A stretch of 55,495 bases of DNA from positions 1 to 55,495 of IMG/VR virus record IMGVR_UViG_3300043449_001017; one strand, given 5' to 3'. The notes under the pieces were generated by a model. It was not told where the DNA came from and did not search any database. It worked only from the letters and a program-made list of their open reading frames with translations. The translations under genes were made by a program, and so were the position numbers. This document shows positions 1 through 6,686 of this stretch, one piece after another. How positions within the stretch are numbered: the stretch's first letter is position 1; each line of letters opens with the position of its first letter. The stretch is from a virus (lineage: Duplodnaviria; Caudoviricetes).

Positions 1-13
1 ATTCGAATTAACC
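1..13. repeat. 13-nt terminal direct repeat, probable cohesive end (cosN)
   Basis: ATTCGAATTAACC at 1-13 is identical to 55483-55495. On the circle it lies about 185 nt upstream of terS, with partly symmetric flanks (TCGCG/CTCGA on the - strand). Confidence 0.7.
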
Positions 14-33
14 CGCGAGGGTTTTCCCTCGGA

Positions 34-40
34 AGGACCC
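34..40 (-). other. cosQ-like packaging termination signal
   Basis: The - strand reads GGGTCCT (the lambda cosQ heptamer), 20 nt before the 13-mer and on the side opposite the terminase genes, as in lambda. Confidence 0.6.
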
Positions 41-152
41 ATAGGGTTGCAATTGAGAATCAGTTGCAACAAGGTGCCAGGCCCTCGGGCCCGGTCCGGC
101 CCTGACAGCCCTGGCCATTGCGCCATCCCACCCCAGGCAAAGGCTAGGGGTG

Positions 153-253
153 AGATACAACAAAGGGCCCGCACAATGGCAGGCCCTCAGATACAACAAA
201 GGGCCAGGGGTGAGCCTGGCCCGGATGCAACAAAGGGGGCCAGCTGGCCCCCT
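153..253 (-). terminator. Three tandem intrinsic terminator-like hairpins
   Basis: GC stems at 234-253, 201-222 and 164-187, each followed on the - strand by TT(T)GTTG(T/C)ATC. They lie directly downstream of the 278-1387 gene. Confidence 0.65.
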
Positions 254-277
254 GTGATTTGGCTGTGATGCCTGGGC

Positions 278-1387
278 TCAGGCCCAGATCAGCTCAATTG
301 ATCCGTCTGCCAGGGCCTGCGGGCCAGGGGTGGCCTGCAGGCTGAAAGGATCAGCAATGGCACGGTCGGCCCCTTTGCTCACTTTTGTGCGCAGTATCAC
401 GGCAACCCCCTGAGGCTCGAGCCAGCGATTATCAGACTCGTCTCCTGCGATCGCAGGGAGGGTGACTGTTTGGCCCTTATGGGTGAGCCTGAGGGCCACA
501 GGCCAGGCCTGGCCCTTTGCTAGCAGCACAGGGGCGGCAAGTCTGAATCCTGCCAGGGCAGCTGCCATAGCGTCTGCCACAGCTGAGGGCCTGTCAGCTG
601 CCAGGCTGGCTGTGACATCCCAGCCAGCTGCCCTTTGTGCCAGGAGGCCAGTTTTGCCCTGCAGGGGGCTTTTGGTGTAGTCGTATAGAACTACTGAGCC
701 ATCAGCCAGGGGCAGGGCCAGGGCCTGGGCCAGGTTCATAGATTCCCCTGCCACGGCCTGCAGGCCGTAACGGATCCTGAGGGCCTGGGCCTCCTGGGGG
801 CTCAGGCTGAACCGGGCCAAATGGTGGGGGTGATCATCGGTGCCCCTGAGCCTCACGGCCAAGGGCAGGCCCAGGGCCTGAGCCTTGGCATAGTGCCTGC
901 CAATGGCCCACAGGATGGCCCGTTGATACGTGGCAGGCTCAGCCAGCATGGCAAGGGTGCGCCGACCCCTGGCAGCTGCCACAGCCTGGCTCAGGCCACC
1001 ATGGCCGGCCCAGTTAAGGCAGCCCATTGCGCAGCCAGGGGTGGCCCAGGGGCATCCATTGCGGGCCAGGCCCTTTGCCAGGAGGCCCTCGGATTCTGCG
1101 AGCTCTCGCAGGGCTGGGATGAAGGCCCGAGAGGGGATGCCGGCATTCTCAGGGGTGAGGGCTGCAGCCAGGGCCTTATGGGGCAGGTGATGCAAGATCA
1201 CAGGGAGGGCCTGGGCTGAGCCCTTGGCCAGCTTGGCATTGTCATCAGTTAGCAGGCCAGGAAGGGTGAGGCTGAACCGTGCCAGGAGGGCTGCCACGTC
1301 TGCAGGCAGACGGGAGGGGGCGCACGTGCGGGCCTGGGCTGTGGTTTGAATGGCAGGCATGGAAGAAAGGGGGATAAGGGTTTGCAT
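278..1387 (-). CDS. GP88-like phage protein (Cys-cluster, radical-SAM-like motif)
   Basis: CPWATPGCAMGCL Cys cluster, RLRGTDD, LYDYTK and GDESDNRW motifs recall the phage 'gene product 88' family. GGAGG RBS precedes the ATG at 1387. Confidence 0.65.
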   Translation of the reverse strand: MQTLIPLSSMPAIQTTAQARTCAPSRLPADVAALLARFSLTLPGLLTDDNAKLAKGSAQALPVILHHLPHKALAAALTPENAGIPSRAFIPALRELAESEGLLAKGLARNGCPWATPGCAMGCLNWAGHGGLSQAVAAARGRRTLAMLAEPATYQRAILWAIGRHYAKAQALGLPLAVRLRGTDDHPHHLARFSLSPQEAQALRIRYGLQAVAGESMNLAQALALPLADGSVVLYDYTKSPLQGKTGLLAQRAAGWDVTASLAADRPSAVADAMAAALAGFRLAAPVLLAKGQAWPVALRLTHKGQTVTLPAIAGDESDNRWLEPQGVAVILRTKVSKGADRAIADPFSLQATPGPQALADGSIELIWA

Positions 1388-1415
1388 TTGCGGGCCTCCT
1401 TTATGGCTGGCCTTT

Positions 1416-1468
1416 TGTAGCCATTGGCCACAAGCTTGGCAACAAAATTCTGTAGCCATTGGCCACAA
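1416..1468. promoter_or_regulatory. Two identical 18-bp near-palindromic operator-like sites
   Basis: TGTAGCCATTGGCCACAA at 1416-1433 and 1451-1468, just upstream of the GP88-like gene. Confidence 0.55.
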
Positions 1469-1475
1469 TTTTGTG

Positions 1476-1685
1476 CTAGTGGCGATCTGAGATCAGCCAG
1501 GCCTGGCCCTGAGGCTCAGGGGGCAGCTGGCCCGATCGGATGGCCCGTCTGAGGGCCTCCTGGGCTGCCCCTTGGGCAGCGTAACGCTGCAGGATGGCTG
1601 CCAGGTCTGGCCTGCCAGGGGTGGCCCAACCTATGGGCTGGCCCTGGCTGTTTGTGACCCGTTCGAGCTCAGGCATGGGGGGCAA
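1476..1685 (-). CDS. Hypothetical protein
   Basis: 69-aa ORF, co-oriented with its neighbours. Confidence 0.5.
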   Translation of the reverse strand: MPPMPELERVTNSQGQPIGWATPGRPDLAAILQRYAAQGAAQEALRRAIRSGQLPPEPQGQAWLISDRH

Positions 1686-1863
1686 GCTTAAAAGTGTGCT
1701 CCTGGCCCTTTATACGCTGCAGGAGGGCCAGCCTACGCTCAGCCACAGCCAGTGGCCGGGCCTGGGGGATGGCAGGCTGCCATCCCTGCTGAATGCCGCG
1801 CCAGATCAGAACGATCGCCATGGGAGGGCAAGGGTAAGGGTAAGGGTTGAAAGGGTGAGAGGC

Positions 1864-2118
1864 TCAGGCCAGCACAGGCAGCACAGGGGCCAGGCTGCCA
1901 TGGCACAGGGGGGCAGGAGGCAGGGCCTCCCCAGGCAGCACAGGCCGGGCCTGGGCCCGCTGAATTGTGCTGAGGATGGCCCCAGGGCTCACAGGCTGGC
2001 CCTGGGCCTGCAGCTGCAGGGCCACAGCCTTAAAGGGGGCCAACTGAGAGGGCAGGAGGGCAAAGGATTGGGCCAGGCATGCCAGGGCCCGCTCAGTGGT
2101 GGGGGTGGGGTTTGTCAT
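1864..2118 (-). CDS. Hypothetical protein
   Basis: 84-aa ORF with an ATG start and a pyrimidine-rich leader. Confidence 0.55.
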   Translation of the reverse strand: MTNPTPTTERALACLAQSFALLPSQLAPFKAVALQLQAQGQPVSPGAILSTIQRAQARPVLPGEALPPAPLCHGSLAPVLPVLA

Positions 2119-2294
2119 AAGAGGTAAGGATCAATGCCCCTAAATACTGAGGCCCAGGCCACCCCTAGCCCAGGGCCAGTGTGCCAGTTCTGGGATTGGT
2201 CTAGTTGCCACAGGCTGGCCACCCCTCGCGAGGGTGCGGGCCTGGGGTGGCATCTCACCCCAGGCATAAGGAGGGCCACAGCCTGGCCACCCCT

Positions 2295-2371
2295 GCCGAG
2301 CAGAGCACGCCTAACCGTGGGCCGAGCAGAGCACACCTAACCGTGGGCCGAGCAGAGCACACCTAACCGTG
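2295..2371. repeat. Three tandem 26-bp direct repeats
   Basis: GCCGAGCAGAGCAC(G/A)CCTAACCGTGG at 2295, 2321 and 2347. The last copy is 25 bp. Confidence 0.95.
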
Positions 2372-2393
2372 TTGGCTGTTTGTGAAAACAAAC

Positions 2394-2479
2394 AAGCAGC
2401 GCTGTTTAATTCAATGCAAACAGCGCTGATAAAAACAATAAAACAGAACGGTTTGTATTAGTTACAAACAGCACTGTTT
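2394..2479. repeat. Four imperfect 14-bp palindromes AAACAGCGCTGTTT at about 24-bp period
   Basis: AAGCAGCGCTGTTT 2394, AAACAGCGCTGATA 2418, AAACAGAACGGTTT 2441, AAACAGCACTGTTT 2466. Confidence 0.8.
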
Positions 2480-2495
2480 TAGTTGTTTATACAAA

Positions 2496-2560
2496 TAGTA
2501 CAAATGTACCAGTAGTACAAATGTACTATAGTACAAATGTACTATAGGACAAATGTACTA
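2496..2560. promoter_or_regulatory. Array of four cyanobacterial-type LexA (SOS) boxes
   Basis: TAGTACAAATGTACCA 2496, TAGTACAAATGTACTA 2513 and 2529, TAGGACAAATGTACTA 2545. The first three match the cyanobacterial LexA consensus RGTAC-N3-DGTWCB and the fourth has one mismatch. Confidence 0.8.
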
Positions 2561-2580
2561 ATTAAGAATTTGACGTGCAA
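2552..2580 (-). promoter_or_regulatory. Sigma70-like promoter overlapped by a LexA box
   Basis: The - strand reads TTGCAC (2580-2575), N17, TACATT (2557-2552). The -10 lies inside box 4. Confidence 0.55.
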
Positions 2581-2626
2581 TAGGCGGGGCGCTAAAACCG
2601 ACCCCGCCGTGTATGTGAATACCCCT

Positions 2627-2707
2627 TAAAAACCGGCCCTTCGCAAGTCCCTGGCCCTAAAAACCGGCACCCCGCAAGTCCCTAAGAACCGGCCGGCCGC
2701 AAGTCCC
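2627..2707. repeat. Three 25-bp direct repeats
   Basis: TAA(A/G)AACCGGC-N4-CGCAAGTCCC at 2627, 2658 and 2683, preceded by the hairpin GGCGGGG..CCCCGCC (2583-2608). Confidence 0.9.
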
Positions 2708-2864
2708 CAGGGCACAGCTCTTCCCACACCTCGAGCAGCTCGTGATCGTCAGCTGCCATCAGATCGTCGCGAGCTTGCAGCATCTGGTCTTCGAAAATGT
2801 CGCCGCGCTTGAGCATGGCCGCCACCAGGGAGGCCACAAGCTGTATCCGTTCGTCGTGGGTCAT
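2682..2864 (-). CDS. Hypothetical protein (60 aa)
   Basis: MTHDERIQL start overlaps the upstream stop (ATGA). Confidence 0.6.
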   Translation of the reverse strand: MTHDERIQLVASLVAAMLKRGDIFEDQMLQARDDLMAADDHELLEVWEELCPGDLRPAGS

Positions 2865-3061
2865 TTTCCGATCAGTCGGTTCCATTCGTCTGGGCACCTG
2901 TCGTTGCATTCCTGGCGCAGCTCGGTGTTGTTCATACCGGCCAGCCAGGCTTCGGTCTCGCCGATCTGGCTGTCGGTAATGTCGCCCACCTCCAGCATTG
3001 CGTCCAGCATGCTGTCGATGACGCGGGCCCTGTCGGCCCTGGTGATATAGGTGCTGCCCAT
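2861..3061 (-). CDS. Hypothetical protein
   Basis: 66 aa, with coupled start/stop overlaps on both sides. Confidence 0.65.
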   Translation of the reverse strand: MGSTYITRADRARVIDSMLDAMLEVGDITDSQIGETEAWLAGMNNTELRQECNDRCPDEWNRLIGK

Positions 3062-3393
3062 CAGACCAGCCCCAGCAGGCGCAGCCAGGAATCATCGGCA
3101 TCGGGCTCGATGATGTCGCCGGCAGGTGTCTCGCACACGCTGTCGAATGTCCAGCGCTCAACATCCTCCATTGCGGGCACCGGCCACCACTTGGAGTGCC
3201 AGCGCAGCTTGAGCACCTGGCTGCCATCGCCCTTGCGGGTGAAGCGGCCCACGGCGCCATCACGCAGGAGCTTCTGCACCGTGCCATCGGGCAGGGTGAC
3301 TTTCTTCACCAGATCCTGAGGCACCAGGATGTCATCGCCTTTGCGGCGGATGTTGACGGTGGCTGGAAACTGGTCGGCTTCTGTGATTTTCAT
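3061..3393 (-). CDS. Hypothetical protein
   Basis: 110 aa, C-terminal DSVCETPxGDxIEPD motif, coupled to the next gene. Confidence 0.7.
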   Translation of the reverse strand: MKITEADQFPATVNIRRKGDDILVPQDLVKKVTLPDGTVQKLLRDGAVGRFTRKGDGSQVLKLRWHSKWWPVPAMEDVERWTFDSVCETPAGDIIEPDADDSWLRLLGLV

Positions 3394-3464
3394 GATCAGA
3401 TAAGTGTTAATGGGACTCCCCGAGGGTAGGCGGGGGACTCCCCGAATGCCCTCGGTCGTTACAT

Positions 3465-3911
3465 TCAGTAATGATCTGGGCTGCCTACGTAGTTGAAGTC
3501 AGTGGGGTCTGGCTCAAAGGGAAGATCAAGCTGGCGCAGGTCCGTGTGGACCCAGCCTTGCTTGGGCACGAACACGTAGGCGTGCTCGCAGCCGCACTCC
3601 TGGAAATGATCGAGCAGGCCCTGGATCTCGGTGAACTCCTTTGGGGCCACCACAGCAGGCACCTCGCCACGATCGGCGTAGTAGAGCGGGCCCGACTCAG
3701 GAAGAGTTTCGCGATCCCAGCCCAGGTTGGTGTGGAGAGCACTGATGTCGCCGCCAGCCACCAACTCCTGCGCAGCCTCATGGCTGTCGTGGTGCGCCAG
3801 CAGCAGGGGTAGCTGATGACTGGGGTAGCCGTCGTAGTGGCAGTAAACAGCCAGGTAGCAGGGCTTGCGGGCAGTGCCGGTGCGGACGGCAATGACAGAG
3901 CGGGTGGCCAT
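3465..3911 (-). CDS. Conserved phage hypothetical protein
   Basis: MATRS.I...VYCHYDGYP motif typical of a widespread phage family. Confidence 0.75.
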   Translation of the reverse strand: MATRSVIAVRTGTARKPCYLAVYCHYDGYPSHQLPLLLAHHDSHEAAQELVAGGDISALHTNLGWDRETLPESGPLYYADRGEVPAVVAPKEFTEIQGLLDHFQECGCEHAYVFVPKQGWVHTDLRQLDLPFEPDPTDFNYVGSPDHY

Positions 3912-3915
3912 CGGA

Positions 3916-4143
3916 TCAATTGATAACGAGAACGGGAGCGGCGCAGCCATTGGCCAGCAGCTGATCAGCCAGGCGCTCGGCATCTTCGAGCACCATCAGG
4001 TAGTCCGTGGGCAGTGGCTGGTAGCCGATGCTGTTGAGGTCGTTGCCGAGGGCGAAGCCTTCGGTGTGCCAGCCGGCCGTGTGCAGGGCCTTGATCACGC
4101 TGGCGGTGTAGTCGCGGACTTGGTTGAGGTTCACGGGAGGCAA
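3916..4143 (-). CDS. Hypothetical protein
   Basis: 75-aa ORF in operon context. The start is uncertain. Confidence 0.55.
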   Translation of the reverse strand: MPPVNLNQVRDYTASVIKALHTAGWHTEGFALGNDLNSIGYQPLPTDYLMVLEDAERLADQLLANGCAAPVLVIN

Positions 4144-4363
4144 GCGATAAAGGCGGCTCGTTGGCCGATGAGAGAAGAATACGCGACCGCCGGACCGCAG
4201 CAGCCGCGCTTGTTACAGATCGAAACAATCAGCGCCGGAAGGGCACGACCTTCCGATCTAGGCGGTGAGCCAGTACCTCGAGCCGGCGGATCCGACTGGA
4301 CTGGCGCAGGCTGTAGGCCACATGGGCGGCCAGGCAGAGGACAAGGGCAGCAGAGAGCATGGA

Positions 4364-4699
4364 TCAGTAGCGAATGGTCACAGGGGCAATGCCGTCGACG
4401 GGGACGCCCAGGGCGACCGCTGCACCGGCAGAGAGATCAATCCGAGGAGAGCAGGCGCAGCGATCAGTGATGGGCACCACCAGCGACCTGCCAGCGTGGC
4501 GGATGGTCACCTTGGTGCCACAGGGCAGCCAGGCGTGGGCGGCGCTGATGCCCCAGTGGTCATAGCGCTGGCCGCAAGCCGTGCGCCCGCCGTGGTAGCT
4601 CGGGTGGTAGACGCTGGCGACGGTGCGCTCAGGGGTAGCGTGGGCCGCTCCGGCTTGCAGCGTGAGCAGGCCGGCAAACAGGAAGTGTCGAAGACTCAT
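4364..4699 (-). CDS. RlpA-like double-psi beta-barrel (lytic transglycosylase-like) secreted protein
   Basis: Signal peptide plus ASVY...GRTACG.YD..ISAAH..LPCGTKV...ITDR...IDLS motifs. Confidence 0.85.
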   Translation of the reverse strand: MSLRHFLFAGLLTLQAGAAHATPERTVASVYHPSYHGGRTACGQRYDHWGISAAHAWLPCGTKVTIRHAGRSLVVPITDRCACSPRIDLSAGAAVALGVPVDGIAPVTIRY

Positions 4700-4724
4700 A
4701 AATCAGAACAGAATTCAGCAACCC

Positions 4725-4946
4725 TTAGCGACTGAAGCGAACGCAATAGTCGCCTTGGGTGTACCAGCCAATGGGACAATCCCGGCTGGTTTTCTTCACC
4801 GCTGGTTGTTGCGTGGTGGAGAATGGCACACAATAGCCATATTGCGTGTAGTAACCGATCGGGCATTGCCCCTGCTTTTGCACAGGTTGCTGCGCAAAGG
4901 CTGGAACACCTGCAAGCAATAGCAGTGCCGTAGCGAGTTTTGTCAT
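4725..4946 (-). CDS. Small secreted Cys-repeat protein
   Basis: Signal peptide plus two CPIG(Y/W)YTQxxYCV repeats. Confidence 0.7.
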   Translation of the reverse strand: MTKLATALLLLAGVPAFAQQPVQKQGQCPIGYYTQYGYCVPFSTTQQPAVKKTSRDCPIGWYTQGDYCVRFSR

Positions 4947-5284
4947 GGCTTCACACTGAATGCGACATAGCTTGTGGGGCGGTCGGTGGCAACGCCTTCG
5001 GCCTGCTCGTCGAGCTGCAGCTGGCGTAGGCGCAGGGCGACGGCATCGGCATGGCCGCTGTAGCTCCAGTTGTGACGCACCTTGCGGGTGGCGCGGAACT
5101 GGCCCAGCTCGATGCGGTCAAGGCCCTGGCGGTGCATGTGCTCAAGCAGCGAGGCCCGCAGGGGTGACAGCTGGGCCTCGAGGCGCTGGATCTCGTCCTG
5201 GAGGCGCTGGGCACGGCGAAGCTTGATGCCGATAGAGCCAGCAGCGCTGTAGGAACGCAAGCGGCGAGCAGTGATAACGGTCAT
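4943..5284 (-). CDS. Hypothetical coiled-coil protein
   Basis: 113 aa from MTVIT, overlapping the next start. Confidence 0.6.
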   Translation of the reverse strand: MTVITARRLRSYSAAGSIGIKLRRAQRLQDEIQRLEAQLSPLRASLLEHMHRQGLDRIELGQFRATRKVRHNWSYSGHADAVALRLRQLQLDEQAEGVATDRPTSYVAFSVKP

Positions 5285-5373
5285 GATGCGCAGGTGGTTT
5301 GCTGAACGCCCAGGAACCGTACAGGCCCGCCGGACTCCCGGAACTGGCGCTGCAACAAACCGCAACATCAAGC

Positions 5374-5562
5374 TCACCGCGAGCGGCGACCGCTGAGCCT
5401 GCGCTCGATCGTCTCCAGCGCCAGGTGAAGAAAAGCCGGTATGGCTCGGGCCCCAGTTTCCCAGCGGGCGACCGTGACACGGTCAATGCCGAGCTTGTCG
5501 GCCAGCTCCTGCTGGGTCAGCTGCAGGCGCTCACGGAGCGCGACGAGGTCTTGCTGTGTCAT
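5374..5562 (-). CDS. XRE-family helix-turn-helix protein
   Basis: LRERLQLTQQELADKLGIDRVTVARWETG. No peptidase domain. Confidence 0.9.
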   Translation of the reverse strand: MTQQDLVALRERLQLTQQELADKLGIDRVTVARWETGARAIPAFLHLALETIERRLSGRRSR

Positions 5563-5593
5563 GCGCCATCTGTAACCGATGGCAACGCAGCCG

Positions 5594-6373
5594 TCAACGG
5601 CCGCCCATCACGTCCTTGAGTTTGCCGAACACCAGCTTGGGGAACTGCTCCTGGGCGATCCGATCAGTCAGGCCGTAGAAGTCGTAACGGGTCGACACCG
5701 TAGGCGGCGAAGGCAGGTACTTGAACAGCATGTTGATGTCGCGGCCGGAGCGCCGGTAGATGCCAGGCTTCAAGCCTTTTGCATTACCAGGCTTCGCCAT
5801 GAAGTATTCCTTCTTGGGCTTACGCTTGGCCTGAGCGTATCGACGACCGGTGTAGGTATCGTTATCGTATGCGCCGATAGAGAACAGCACTTGCGTATAT
5901 TGGCCTGGCGAGATCCTGCCCTTGGACAATCGAGCCGCGTCACTGTCTGTGATTCCGAGCATATACGAGCCACGCGGTGTGTAACCACGGTGCGCTAAAG
6001 CTTTCGAAAAACGTGTGTCATAAACCGGCTTGCCCCCAGCCCCTTGCTCTTTTACGGTCGGGTAAAGATACTTCGATGCGGGGTTGCCTTTGGCGCCAAA
6101 TTCTTTGACGCCGATGTAGCTGTAGAGCTTGGTTTTATCGGACCGCGTGTAGAAGATTGAGTTCAGGGTGAAAGGCACTGGGTTCTCAAATACCCGCTCC
6201 ATCTCCTGCCGGTGGGCAGCCTGCAGTAGCGGCCCCATCTGATTGAGCGCGTAGCTCATCACGAAGGGCATCTGAACCCGGCGAATGACATCCAGGTTCT
6301 TCACCACAGCATCAGCGTCAAAGGTGATCGACCCTTGCCGCCAGCTACCAGAACCGGACCACTCAATCGCCAT
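5594..6373 (-). CDS. Phage protein, possibly neck/tail-completion (gpZ/HK97-gp10-like)
   Basis: 259 aa, basic, with A..ALN...F.NP.PFTLNS motifs. The function is an inference. Confidence 0.5.
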   Translation of the reverse strand: MAIEWSGSGSWRQGSITFDADAVVKNLDVIRRVQMPFVMSYALNQMGPLLQAAHRQEMERVFENPVPFTLNSIFYTRSDKTKLYSYIGVKEFGAKGNPASKYLYPTVKEQGAGGKPVYDTRFSKALAHRGYTPRGSYMLGITDSDAARLSKGRISPGQYTQVLFSIGAYDNDTYTGRRYAQAKRKPKKEYFMAKPGNAKGLKPGIYRRSGRDINMLFKYLPSPPTVSTRYDFYGLTDRIAQEQFPKLVFGKLKDVMGGR

Positions 6374-6470
6374 GGCGGCCTCCTACAGAAAGACCCAGCG
6401 ATGTCACGCGCTGGGTCTGGTGCCTGTCAACGATCCGAGTCTACGAGCGAAAGCCGCATACCCGCCAGTC

Positions 6471-6683
6471 TCAGGTGCGTCTCACATTGCGGGCGTCGTC
6501 GCAGTAGACGGTCCGCTGCTCCTTGCCCAGCCAGATGGCCCCACGAGCGCCCTGGAGGCCGTCCCAGGTGCCTGAGGCCCATCCGTAGCCCATAAACACC
6601 TTGCAGGCGGTTCCACGGGGCCAGGAGGGCCAGCTGGTGGGGCTCCTGGCTAGGCGCTGGTGATCAGGGGTGGGCTTGGGCAT
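6471..6683 (-). CDS. Hypothetical protein
   Basis: 70-aa ORF in operon context. Confidence 0.55.
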   Translation of the reverse strand: MPKPTPDHQRLARSPTSWPSWPRGTACKVFMGYGWASGTWDGLQGARGAIWLGKEQRTVYCDDARNVRRT

Positions 6684-6686
6684 GGC

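Noticed and set aside
1416-1468. NtcA or CRP boxes
   Set aside because: The spacing is GT-N11-AC, one base longer than GTA-N8-TAC or GTGA-N6-TCAC.
1822-1855. Telomere-like TAAGGG run or G-quadruplex
   Set aside because: More simply the C/T-rich leader of a small - strand ORF starting at 1821. Nothing else supports a G4 role.
2295-2707. CRISPR array
   Set aside because: The repeats abut or have gaps of about 11 nt or less, there are no 25-45 nt unique spacers, and no cas genes are present.
2682-3287. 201-aa ORF as listed in the track
   Set aside because: It overlaps two better ORFs. Only the last 60 codons (from 2864) look real.
5374-5562. Classical CI repressor
   Set aside because: HTH only (62 aa), with no S24 domain and no divergent cro partner. 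It could still be a non-cleavable repressor.
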